Source: Utricularia gibba (Eukaryota; Plantae; Magnoliophyta). Taken from it: 64,000 bases of DNA. Under the pieces are notes generated by a model. That model had not been told where the DNA came from. It saw only the letters and a list, made by a program, of their open reading frames with translations, and did no database searches. Within the stretch, counting starts at the first letter, position 1; each line of letters starts with the position of its first letter. The position numbers and the translations under genes are program-made. The DNA is taken from NCBI GenBank assembly GCA_002189035.1, contig CM007989.1, positions 4,030,001 through 4,094,000 on the forward strand, in the 5' to 3' direction. Below are positions 25,111-38,500 of the stretch, in pieces.

Positions 25111-28100
25111 TGTAGTGGGCCACCTCACTCTGACTTTGGGCTAAATAAATAGGCCTGCGCCCAGGTGTCTCATCATCTTAAGACCTACTAGAAATAATGG
25201 TTAACGGTTATGAATCCCCTCCAACTGAAATCAGAGGGAGAGCTGCGGTTTTGGTGCTGGGGTACTACCCAAGAACACTACAAAGTTGGTTCTATAATAA
25301 TTGATGTATTAAAGGTTAAATTGGACTGAGGAGTGTTTTAGCCCAAGAACGTGGAATGCAAAGCCCTCGTCTATACAATAGTTGGTTAGTGCAATCTTAG
25401 CCTCAACCTTTAAAGCAAATTGAATCCCACCCCTACAATTATGACTTTGTACGCAATACGAATTGAAGAATACTATATTCAAGAAGTAAAAAAATACTTC
25501 AAGTAGCAGCAAGAGAGATACGCGAGAGAATCTTCTATCAAACTATCGTCAGGCCGAAATGTAGGATAGTTAGGATAGAATACCCGGCTAAGATCATCTG
25601 CATTACCTATGAACAATACAATTTGAAGCTCACGAGAATCCCAATCTTCCGCTTTAATAAGTTACCATTATTTAAATGGTAGCTTGCTATCGATGTCATT
25701 CTCACTCCAATCAATTCCATCGTCTATATTTTGAAAGTCATCATCCTCCAATATTGGTATATCACCCATATAATTATTGCTTTTAGTTTCAGCTCCTCCA
25801 CCGTCCATTTCAATGTTCTCACTGGTTGCTCAGAACTAGACGTGTCTGCTCCTCATCCACCTCCACAAATTTCAATGAAAGTTCATTTTCCAGAAACTCT
25901 TCTGATGCTGATTTCTGAAAAACCAAGCAAATGTTGTTATTTTTTTGTCTTATATCACTCTCCCCACGAGATGAACAAGGCGTGTTTACTCCTATCCACC
26001 TCCACCAATTTTAATGGAAGTTCCTTTCCCAGAAGCTCTTCTGGTGCTGATTTCTGAAAAACCAAGCAAATGTCATTATTTTTCTGTCTTATATCACCCT
26101 ACCCACGAGATGCACACAAGTGAAACCGATAATGGTTGACTGTATTTTCCTTGCAGAACATCATTGGCACATCATCATTCTATCACACAGGAATTAACAA
26201 ATTCAAGGTTTTCAGAAAGAAGAGCTGACACCGAAAATCTGTGAAAATGGAACAAAACCACGAAGCCCTTCGAGGAGTACAAGCACACCATCTTTGTTTG
26301 CGCCAACCACCTAAAGAGTGGCAAATGTTAAATTGAATTGAATGCAAAGCTCAAGATCTCGTTGAATTGAATGCAAGCTCCAGATCAAACTATCATTAGC
26401 TTCATTCTCCACCATCCATCTTGTGAAGATTGGCACAACGGTTGCCCTAGATCCCCAAAATTGGCGAAGAATACTAATGAGCCTATTTATTTGAGCTTTT
26501 TATTAAAATAATCTTCATGATGTTTTTTAAACGAATAAAATTCTATATTATTATGAAATATGTTACATAATTTTTTCCATATAGTTCTATCATGAAGTTT
26601 TTAAACAAGATAGATTTCGAATTTTTCTGGTATCAAATGAATTTTTTTAAAATAAAAAACTAAAACTGTAACTCTTGAAACGTGATGCATTATTTCTATA
26701 TATTTTTTTGAAACGTGATGTATTGGTTTGATAATTTTTAAAACATGGTGTTCTGATAAGTAATTTTTAAAACGTGATGTTCCAATATAATAATTTTATA
26801 ATGTGATGAACTATTATCATGAAAAAATAGAATGTGGTGTTTCAAAACCAAACATGACCCAAAAAAGAATGTTGTTGGACCAAAAGCTCACATGCCTCAT
26901 ATTCAAGGACGGTGAATGTATGGCTTACCAAATAAGCAAGTTTGAAAACATGGTGGATGAGATGAGATCAATAGGCATGGACTAAGATGATGAAACACAG
27001 GTTATCAAGCTACTTCTCACATTGCCATCTAGTTGAGAGGTATTAGAAGTCACTTTGATGCACACATTAGGAGATTGTCATATGACTCTATACTAAATGT
27101 GCTGTTGCACGAAGAACTGAGAAAGAAATATGCCATTCAAGACTCCAAATGTTCATTAACTGTCATGAAACAAAAGGAGAAGGGGAAGTGGAAAAATAAG
27201 AAGTTTCAAAACAAGAAAAGATATTGGAAAGACAAAGAAAAGGGGTGCAAGAATCTGACATAAACAAAGGTTATGAGGAATCAAGGACCAATCACTATTG
27301 TGAGAAGGTTTGACACATAAACAAACAATGCAAATTCTTGCTAAGAACACAACCTCAAGGACAGCCTGTGAACGATCCTCAGGGTCAGAGGAAAGGTTAC
27401 AATTCAAGCAGAATACTGGCCCCTATAGAAGAAAAATTATTGGTACTACTCCTTTACTTCGAAGATAATGGAACATTGATATCTCAGAGAGCTGAAGAAT
27501 CGAGAAAGGTCACTAGATCTGAGTGGATTGTGGACTCAGTTGCTAGGTATCAAGTCATGCTGTGCAAAGAAATTATGACAAATTTTAAACCAAGCTATTT
27601 AGGAAAGGTGAAGATGGGAAATTTGATCATCTTAGATATTGTTGGCATTGGTGACACTTATGTCATAAAAAATCGTGGATTCAAGCTCACTCTAAACAAC
27701 ATAAGATATGTGCTAGACATTCGCTTATACCTAATGTCTGCAAATCACTTAGACTATGTGAGCTTCTTTGGAAATAAAAAATGGAAACTTATAAAGATAT
27801 CAATGTGCAACTAGAGAGGTGGATGGTACCTTGTACAAGACTAAGGTGATGTTGGAGGCTTCTAAAATGCGTGTGGTCAAATAGTAAGACAACCTCCATG
27901 GATTATGGCATAGAAGAATGGGGCATCTGTCAAACAAAGGATTGGACCTTTTGGTGAAACATAATCTCATTGATAAGTGCTCCTTAGATCAGACAACTTA
28001 TGATGAATGAATAATTGTTCATCAAAGAGTTGTGTTTAAGAAAGTACTCAATAAAAGTAATGAATTTTTGAATTCAATATTCTTGAATGTTGGTGGACTG

Positions 28101-30570
28101 GCTGAATGTGAGTCGAGGGAGGGGGAGGGGGGAGGAGGGGATGAAATTCTTTGTTAGTTTTATAGTTGATGCCTACAAAAATGCATGGGTATTCATGATA
28201 CACAAGAAGAGTAATGTATTTGTCCATTTTCGACGTCTTCACATGTTGCCAGAAACAAAAATGGATAAAGGCTGAAGAAATTGAAATTAGGCAGTGGGGG
28301 TGAATACTACTTTGATGAGTTCAAAAACTATTGTAAAGAAAAAGGGATCAAAAAAATTGCAACCACACTGGAAACTCATGAACATAATGGTGTAATTGAG
28401 GTTTAACAGAACACTCATGGATAAAGTAAGGAGCATGTTAAGCACAACAAGATTTCCGAAAAGCTTCTAGGCAGAATCTCTTTAATGCAGCCTGCTATTT
28501 ATCTAATTGCTCTTCAAAGACAGTATTGAATTTCTTGACTACCCAAGAGATTTGAACTGGAAGAAGCCTAATCTCAATCACCTTAGAATGTTTGGATGAA
28601 CATATGTGCACATACAATAGGAACACCAAATCTGGATGAAAAATTCAAACCATGCATTATACTTAGATATGAGAAGGATCAAATATGATATATACTATGA
28701 GAAGCAAAGCTCTCAAGAAACTTGAAAGTTGAGACCTCTTGCAGAGATGAGGAATCTGGATGACTGACCGATTTTGGTCCGGCTAGAGATCAACTAAGGA
28801 CTAGAAGATGTGGAAAAAAACTCATCCCTTCCACCAAATACATTGTAGATGAATATGAAATGATAATAGTGCAAGGGGAGCCCAAAACTATAATAGAGGC
28901 AATGCACTTACCAGATAAAGATAAATGGTTAGAGGTAATGAATGAAGAAATGAACTCCATATGGGCAAACATCACATACGATTTGGTGATACTCCTTGTA
29001 GGAAGACAGGCCCTGGACAATAGGTGGGTCTTCAAGTTGAAATACAACTCGGATGGATTAACCAGGCATAAGGCTAGAGTTTTAGTTAAGGGCTTTAAGC
29101 AACAAGCTAGACTAGACTTTGAAGAAATATTCTCACATGTGGTTAAACTGGTCACTCTAAGAATCATCTTGTCTCTCACTACCTACCCCAATTAGGAATT
29201 AGACTAATTGGATATAAAAACGGCATGCCTACATGGAGACCTGCTGGAAGGAATCTACATGAATCAAGTGGAAGGGTTCGTAGATCCTAGAAAAGAGAGG
29301 CTAGTCTGCAAATTAAAAAGGGGTCTTTATGGATTCAAACAAGCCTCACGACAATGGTACTTGAAATTCGATAATTACATGATCAAGAACAAGTTTCATA
29401 GAACCTCTGGAGACTAATGTGCATACTGGAAATCCTATGGTGAAAACGGTCATGTATTTCTCTTTCTTTATGTGGATGACATGTTGGTAGCTAGTCTTTG
29501 CAAGCATGAGAACAAATGGAAAAGGAATTCTGTAAGAAGTACCCTAGATAAGCCAAGAAGATTCTAGGGATAAATATTAGTAGAAGCAAATCTAAAAGGA
29601 CCTTAGCCTTGTCATAAGGGAACTACATCAATTAAATTCTGAAGAAAGTAAATCATGATGAAGCAAAGTCATTAATTTGCCCCCTACCTAATCATTTGAA
29701 ACTCTCGAAGGGAATGACATCACAAGACGAGCTGGAAAGACATTTAATGGCTAGAGTACCTTATGCCTCCATTGTAGGATCCATCGTGTATCTGATGGTA
29801 TGCACGAGACCCGACCTCAATTTTGCTGTAAGTACAGTGAGTAGGTTCTTAGTTGACTCCGGAAAAATGTACTAGGAAGACATTAAGTGGCTGCTAAGGT
29901 ACCTGAAAGATACTAAAGAGTATAAGTTGTGTTATGGTATAGATGATATTGCACTTAAAGTATATGTAGACGCTGATCTTGGAGGGGAACCTGATACCAG
30001 AAAGTCAACCACCGACCTAATCATAGTCATGGGAGGAGGTGCCATGGCCTGAAGTTCCAAACTACACAAAATCGCGGCCTTGTCAAGCATAAAAGCTGAG
30101 TATATGGCATTCACAAAAGCACTAAAGAAGGTGCTCTAGACCAAAAGATTTATGTATGAAGCTGGATTTCAAGAAAGGAAACTGATAGTATTTTGTGACA
30201 ACTAAAGTGCAATTCAGCTAAGTAAGAACTCCATCTTTCATGCACAAACTAAGCACATAGAGTAGAGTTGACATTTGATTAGAGAGATAATTACAAGGGA
30301 ATGAAGTTGTGTTGTAGAAGATGGAAACATAAAATAACATTGCAGATGCCTTAACTAAGATTTTGACATGCCCGAAATTCATCCATCCACAAATGGTGAT
30401 CCTACCTTGGATGAGTTCAACTGGAGAGGGTGATTTGAAGTGGGCCGCCTCACCCTCACTTTGGGCTAAATAAATAGGGCCACATCTAACTGGCTCATCA
30501 TCTTAAGGTCTACTAGAAATAATGGCTAATGGTTATGAATTCCATGTATATGCAGTGCTACCCAAGAACA
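25111..30570 (+). mobile_element. Degenerate Ty1/Copia retrotransposon with short LTRs (25111-25282, 30436-30570)
   Basis: 5' LTR has TGTAG...CTACA ends. Gag, protease (EWIVDS), integrase, RT (MDIKTACLHGDL, YVDDML) and RNase H (VDADLGG) remnants at 26800-30400 carry many stops. A PPT-like sequence precedes the 3' LTR; no TSD. Confidence 0.9.
25700..26800 (-). mobile_element. Probable MULE/FAR1-type terminal fragment nested in the Copia
   Basis: Non-Copia insert with repeated AAACGTGATG motifs (26679-26780), a tandem duplication of about 70 bp (25905/26046) and an acidic ORF remnant (EDDDFQNIDDGIDW) on the - strand. Confidence 0.35.
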
Positions 30571-30653
30571 AAAAGGAAAAAAAAGGGGGAGAGACATGTG
30601 CCTTCCTTAAAAAACCGATAGAATGCGTAAATCAGCTAGAGGGATGCTTCAAG

Positions 30654-33600
30654 TGATAAGTGATTTTGTGTCGTTCCAAAACATGTTCTTCCACTACTCT
30701 TGAGTGTTGTTTTTACTTATCTTAGACCCCACTTTCTCATTATTCTCAATTGATTTTACATCTTTCACACTACTTTGATCTTTTTGGATAGAAAGTGTAG
30801 TTTGTGGATTTTTAGGGTACTTTTAGATCAATTTGAGAAGAAACAAGATCCACCAAATTATGGACTTGATGTGTTACGAATCCTAGCCCAAGACTCGGTC
30901 AAATGATGAAAATTTGATCCAAGATTCGGGGATAAGATAGAGATGTCAAGAAGATTTTCGAAGATTTGGATAAAAGATTTGGATATAAAATTTTATCCAA
31001 TCCCATCGAATAAGCTCAATATGAAGACTTAGATCTACTTTCGTATAAATACCCTACCCTCTCAACCATTAGAAACGTCTTTGACCAGTTTTACTTTGAA
31101 TCTTTCCTATTTTCGTATCTATTTTCATGTTTGAGTCAAGTTTGCGCGTGTAGGCACTTGCGGCTGAGAATCCGCGGTGAAGCCTTGCTTGCGCAAGTCC
31201 TGCACGTGTGACTATTTTACTATGTTTTTTGACATTTAAATTGAGGTTTGATTCTGTTTTTCGCAACGTTTTCTTTACCAACGTGTTGTTTAATACCATA
31301 TAACCATAAGAGAGTGTGGAAGAATCAAAGGTTGGCCTCAAACACCTAAGGAGAAGAGCTCAATCGGATATCGTTGGTAAGGTACATTCTGTCTAATATG
31401 TTTGCGAGGTGTGAGGTGTAGGGGTTAGATTTGGGTGTGTGTAAAACATGGGTTATTACAAGAGGTGAAATGACTCTGGTGGCGTGGTTGATTCCATAAT
31501 CCCACTAAACGAGGGACGGTGCTATAACGGTCAACGAGTAACACTATTTTAGAATAACACCCCAGAACTTACGCAAGCAGGTCAGTTTTCAAGGTTTACA
31601 CACACAAGTTTGGGCGACTTTTGAGCAAGATGGATCCCAAGTCCAATGCCCCTTTTCTTATTGATTTCAAAAGCCAATCTTTTTTTTGTTTTTAGTCTTT
31701 TATAATCCTTGTTTTGAAAAGAAAATTCCAATAACAATTCTCTGTGGGTACGATCTTATTTTATTACTTAGATGGTTTCTGTTCACTTGCAGAATCACCA
31801 TCAAGTTTTTGGCGCCGTTGCTGGGGAATTGTATTCCTTTGGATATTCTTTTCTGATGTTTTAGGTTATTTCTTATTTTTCTGTTATTTTTTGTATTTTT
31901 TCTCTATTTGCGCACTTGCGCAAGCAGCTGGTTTTCTCCATACAAAAAAAGAGGTAAAAAAAAAAATCTTTTGTTTTCGATTTTCGTTCATCATTTGCTT
32001 GTGTAGATATGAGGAGACTTGATCGACATGTAACCTTCAATCTCGAATTCAAGAATATTGATGGGCAAATTGGATCAAGAAACCGGTTTGCACAACAGTA
32101 TTATCCTTGGGTGGCAGATTCTAGGATGTGGTCTCAGAAGATGGACGACTTGTTTTATCCTGAAGATTATCTTGAAGAATCACAAGTTGATAGATGCATT
32201 CTTGAGCACAAATCACATGACCATCAGGTAAATCATTTGATTTCATATTCAGAATTGAAACCTTCACGCAGGTATAACAGGGATGAATTGATGCTTGTGC
32301 AAGCATGGACGAAAAAACAAAATACACTTCCAGCAACAAATCATTACTACACTAGAGAAAGGATTGTGAATGAATCTCATGCTTATTGTAATGATGTTGG
32401 GTATGAAAAAGATTGGAGGACTAGAAATCAGCAATACATCAGGTATCAATCTTATTCATCGTTAGATTCAGAGGACAATGATTTTGGAAGTGATTCTGAA
32501 GATGAAGAGTTATAAGAGAAATGCATGGAGTCTCATAGTAGACTTGCGCAAGGAGAAAGTCATGCATTTCGGGTTGACAACCAACAGGAATCAAATCAGA
32601 GTTGGAAACAACCTCAATGCCCATCTTTCAGAGTTCTATTGAGTCAAATCATTGAGAGGCAAGAGCAGATGAATAGAGAATTTCTTGAACAAATCAAGGA
32701 GATAAATTAAGAATTTTCAGATCAAATGAAGAGAGTGCATGACATGCATGACAAGTTGCAGCAGCTCATAACTAAAAATCAAATGCTGGAAGCTCAATTG
32801 AATGATTTGGAAGCCATCTACAAACCAGAGTATTCATGTCAATTGGAAGACACCCCCAATAGATGTGAGGATATTGAAACTGAAGATGGAGTTCCAATGA
32901 TGCGTGTCCCTAACCTTGTGCAAGCTATAGAAACAGATTGTGTTACACATGAACATTTGGAAGCACCAGATATTTTTTATGACCACACCCACGAATTATG
33001 TTATCAGGACACATATCAAGAGGAGGTTCAAAGTTCCCTAAGCTTCATAGAAAAAGAGTTGAAGGAAGAAGAACTTGTCATTACAAGTAAGGATTTAGTT
33101 GAAGAATATGTTTTTGTTTTTGACAAGGATTTCTTTTGTAGATTGCAGCAACTCAAGGAAGCTTCGATCACAATTCCATGCATTGATTCTATGCGCTAGA
33201 GCTTTCCATTTGAGTTGTACAAAGAGCAAACAAAAACATGGCGTGATGGGCACTTGCGCAAGATGAGGCATATAAAAGGTGATGAATTTTTAGTCTTGTT
33301 TTCAAATCATGAATTTTTTGCAGGAAATTTCAAATCAAGATGGACTGTGATTTGTACAATCAAGAGGCTCTTTCAAAATAAATTCTGGAGCAATAGAAAA
33401 TGGAAGAAGTTTCATGAAAAATTCAAGAGGTTTGCTCTTCGTTTTCACACATTTCCATACCGACCACGTTAATCTTTTACCAAGGCATGGTTTACTTGTT
33501 GCCATTAAAAAAAAAGTTAGTTTGTTTGATTCGTTTTATTTTATCGAGTAGGATAAATCTTTATGTTTTAGAGTGTTTTCTGTTTTCTAATAAATTTGTT

Positions 33601-35423
33601 GAGAGATGGTTTTATAGAAATAAGATCTGAATTTTCATATGAGTTTTGATATATGTCCAGTATGCTTGCGCAAGTAGAATTGCAACTTGCACAATGAGGT
33701 TTCTGCATTTAAAAGTTGCAAATAGGCTGATATAAATAACCATGAAAATGCACATGTTAGTTTTCTAGATGAAGAAAATTCCACTTTTTAGAATATGTGA
33801 TCCAGGTTAGTTTTTTTCAATATTTGCAAATAAGTTCTTATTCAAGTGTGAGGGAGAAGGATCATTTTCATTTTTCTTCAAATGGAATGTAATTTTATTT
33901 ACTGACTTATCGCAACCTCTCATTTAGTGTTTTGCTGCAACTTAAGCTTTTGTTTTTGGTATTATTTCTTCAAAATAGTTGCTATGCATTAGATTTTTGG
34001 CATGCTTCTTGCTAAGGTATTCTTTTGAATGCTGTTCATTTTGTATTGCTTGCACAAGCTACATAGCCCTACTTTCTTGGTGAGGAGACCACTTTTATTC
34101 TCTTTTTTTTTATGAGTGACCTTAATGTACCACGATCATGGGCTTGTTCTTGTGTATACTGCTGAGTTATTCTACAGGTCTTGTGCAAAGGGATTGAGGC
34201 ATTAGGGTTTCCTCTATTTTATCTCCATTATCCCACCTTGAATTTGCTTAGTGAGACTCGCTTGGCCTGAAACCCTTTTATTTGGATCACCACATCAGAA
34301 GTCAAATCCGTTTTTATAATTATAGCCTACTGCAATTTCTCTTGACCCAAGGAAAGAACATCTGGAAAACAGTTCTGTTCATTTGCTTGTGCAAGCTGCA
34401 AAACTAGGAGCTCTATTACAAAAGAAGAAAAGTTGAGAGCAATTTTCAACTCAATGATCAAGCTCTATCTTAATAAATTATGAAGGATTTTCAACAGACA
34501 TTCTATTCAAGAGAGAGATTGATTTCGAAAAAAAAGAATGAATGAAAAAGAAAAAGAGAGAGAGAAGAAGAAGAAAGAAAAAAAAAGAGCGGAAGTGTTG
34601 AAAAGAAGCCACAAAGCTGAAAGAGGAATTCCCAATAAGCTCAATACGAAGACTTGGATCTACTTTTCTATAAATACCCCAACCTCTCAACCATTAGAAA
34701 TGTCTTTGACCACTTTTCCTTTGTACTTTTCCTATTTTCGTGTCTATTTTCATGTTTGAGTCGAGTCTGCGCGTGTAGGTGCTTGCGGCTGAGGATGGTG
34801 AAGCCTTGCTTGCGCAAGTCCTGCACGTGTGACTGTTTTACTATGTTTTTCGATATTTAAATTGAGGTTTGATTCTATTTTTCGCAACGTTTTCTTTACC
34901 AACGTGCTGTTTAGTACCATATAACCCTAAGAGAGTGTGGGAGAATCAAAGGTTGGCCTCAAGCACCTAAGGAGAAGGGTTCAATCGGACATCGTTGGTA
35001 AGACACATTCTGTCTAATATGTTTGCGAGGTGTGAGGTGTAGGGGTTAGATTTGGGTGTGGGGAAAACCTGAGTTATTACAAGAGGTGAAATGACTCTTG
35101 TGGCATGGTTGATTCCATAATCCCACTAAACGAGGGACGATGCTATAACGGTCACCGAGTAGCACTACTTTAGCATAACATCCCCAAAGCTTGCGCAAAT
35201 ACGTCAGTTCTCAAGGTTTGCACACACGCAAGGGCGAGCTTCAAGTAAGGTGGATTTTAGATCCAAGTTCACTTTTCTTATTAATTTCAAAACCCAATTT
35301 TTCTTTTGTTTTTAGTCTTTTTAAATTTTTCTTTTAAAAAGAAAATTCCAATAACAATTCCCTGTGGATACAATCTTATTTTATTACTTCGACGGTTTCT
35401 GTGCACTTGCAGAATCACCATCA
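30654..35423 (+). mobile_element. Non-autonomous Athila-type LTR retrotransposon (family 1)
   Basis: 5' LTR 30654-31803; tRNA-Asp PBS TGGCGCCGTTGCTGGGGA at 31810-31827; 5'-truncated 3' LTR at about 34631-35423. Perfect TSD TCAAG (30649-30653 and 35424-35428). Confidence 0.9.
32009..33472 (+). pseudogene. Single fused internal ORF (gag-like start to integrase C-terminal tail) broken by three in-frame stops
   Basis: Track ORFs starting at 32009, 32525, 32726 and 33215 are all in one frame. The end, YKEQTKTWRD...FKSRW, resembles the Athila integrase tail. No protease, RT, RH or integrase core. Confidence 0.65.
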
Positions 35424-35512
35424 TCAAGCATAGGTGCTTTGCAAGTCTGGTGATCGAATGGTTAGTGTTCGTATAGGTTCGAGTTACATTGTCTGAAATC
35501 CTATCAGTGCCC

Positions 35513-38500
35513 GGGAATGACAAAATTTGCAAAGTAACTGTGTCAGAAGAACTAGTTTTGCAAAATAACTGATTTTGGTTTCAAATTGGCAAAGTAACTA
35601 ATTTTTACAAAAACATTTGCAATATAACTAACATTCTAAATATATTGATTTTATATTACTTTTCGAAATACTTAATTATAAATATCATTTGTAAGCTTTA
35701 AATGAATTAAAATAAAAAAATAATAATACATTTGTATAAAAAAATTAGAAATTTACCAAAAAATTAAGATTAATTCGAAAAATACATAAATAAATATTAT
35801 TTTAAATAATTGATTAATTTACAATACTTATTTTAAAAATACTTCCAAATGTGTGTTTATTATTTTATCTTTTCAATTTTATTAACATCACATTAATTTT
35901 TTTTCAAACATAATTTAAAAAATATAGTCATACTTGCTCTAAATATTTAATATTTATATTCTAAATTTGTGAATTCTAATTAAGCATTTAACATAGTTAT
36001 CATTTGTTAAAAAAACACCATAGTTTGGTATTCCTATATTGTATTTTTATTAAATATAAATAATTATTATAAAAAAGTATTTAATTAAATTTCTATAAAT
36101 TATTCTAAAAACTCATGACATATATTTCATTTGTTTGTTAAATATGATGAAATGGATGATCTTTATTTATATTCTATAAAACATGTTTAAAGATCATATA
36201 AGCAATCACAAAAAATTATGTAATTTCATCAATAATGCATGTAGTTATATATAATTATTAGAATTACACAATTATTAGAATCTAAATAATGTCATCGGTA
36301 ATATGAGGAGCATTATGTGTAACAAACATATGTGACATGATTTGTCAAGACATGTGTATTCCATTAACAAGAGGAGCGTATGGGAGTTTGTTCATTTATT
36401 AATAAATCCTTTTTTATTCTAAATGATAACTTTCATTTAAATAGAATTCATTATGAGTGGTTATTCATGAAGTAGAATATACTTTAGGATTCATATTTGT
36501 AGTTTGAAACTAATTTGATGAAATCAGATTTAATGTAAAGAGTAAGTGCAAATACATTTTCCTAAAACTAGAATCATAATATACTAATTACTTTTTTATT
36601 GTAACATAATAATATAATACATATTAAAAAATCAAAGATTAACAACGAATATTTTGTAATTGGTTGAAAAAAAAACATATCCTCATGGTACTCGATGGTT
36701 TTAACACAATATCATCACATGCAACTGTCGATTGAAAGCCAAAAAAAATTATAATGCAACTGTGAATTATTTGAATAACACCTAATATCATTTATTGATT
36801 GCATTTAATGGTAAACAGCTAATATCATTTGTCGAGTGCATCAAATTAAAAAATTAGAGATATTTCCATTTCACTCTATAAATAAAGTGGACATTTCTCA
36901 TTCTTCAATACAAGGCTGCGACAAGATGGTTAAGGTGGTAATGAAATTATTTTTTGGTGGAAGTATTCTTCGGAATTCATCTGGGTATATTTCTTACAAT
37001 ATGGATCTCATTCGAATTATCAAGGTTAGTCGTCAAATTACATTTAAAAAGTTACTTAAATGTAAAATGTATAGAAGAACATCTTGGTATAAATGCACAT
37101 AATCTTCGAATCACGGCAAAATTCTATGATGAACCATCGAACGAGATGAAATGTTTGCATATTTCGGATTCTGATATTTTAAGATATATATTAAACCCAA
37201 GTATATCAATATGCGGAATCGATCTATACTTGGAACACGATCCATCAGCCGCTTCTTCATCTCTTCAAGGTATGCGTAATATTTTCATTTTATTACTTTG
37301 GTACAAAGATTAATATTTTTATCTGAATACAGGTGAAAATTTGAGTATAAATATAGGTGTTAATGAGCCATATTCTCATGGGATAGAATATTCTGAACCA
37401 TCAAATGTTCATTTTGATTGGTTTGATCATGATCATGGATATACATCTACATTTGATTGCACTCAACGAGCCGAAGAAAATATTATAACAAGAATGTTAA
37501 CAAATGAGCAAGATTACTCAAGTAAACTAATTGTCCTGCAATTTACTGAAATGCATGTCGGATTTTTTTTGTCAAAATACCTATATTTTTTTCATTGTGT
37601 AAATGCTTGTGATTCCATTTTTTATTTTAATACCTGTTTTGTTTTAATAAGTTTTTTATTTGTATTTTATTGAAATATATTTTCCTTAATTTTATGTTTT
37701 ATTGAAATTATTGTTTTAATACATATTTTATTTTAAAATATTTCAACCATGTTTTTAATTATATCACTTAAATAAAACTTCATTTTATTTTTCATTATAA
37801 ACCAAAAATACCTTTAAATAATTATGTTTATATAATACCATTTTATTTTATAAGTTTAGTTAATAATGACACTAAGTGAAAAAAATAAATCAATTTATAC
37901 AATGAATTATAATCCCCAACTATTGAATAAATCCAGTATAATTTTATTTTAATTTTTTCTTAAATCATTTAAATACAAAAAAATCAGAATATTTTTTCTA
38001 TTAAACTTGCTTTTGATTAATACATAATTATTTTCTTTTTTCGAATATCTAATTACCTAATAATATAAAAATCAAAGAATCATTGTCTATGATGTTCAAA
38101 TGAATATATAAGTTTATGAAATTTAAATATATTCATATTTGAAATAAAACTTTATTTATTGATAAATAATTCAAATTAAAGAAACTTCAGTTGTTTTGAC
38201 AATAATTTATATAAAAATGCAAGTGTTTTAATAATATTAAGTAACTACATATATTTTACTAATTATGAAGAATTGATAGGTATTTTGGTAAAAAAAAACT
38301 AATATCACAAGTTGTTTGAATGCGTACTTATGAATTGCAATATGGCTCATGGGAGTCGTCAACACGAGAACTTCCTCGTTATTTGATGGAAATGCAGCGT
38401 GTGAATCCTGGTATTATAATTAGATGGCGACATAATACAGGTCTAAGTGGAGAACCATTGCTACGAAATGTGTTCTGGGCATTCGGATTTGCGATTCAAG

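Noticed and set aside
31810-31827. tRNA-like sequence
   Set aside because: It is an 18-nt primer-binding site complementary to tRNA-Asp, not a tRNA gene.
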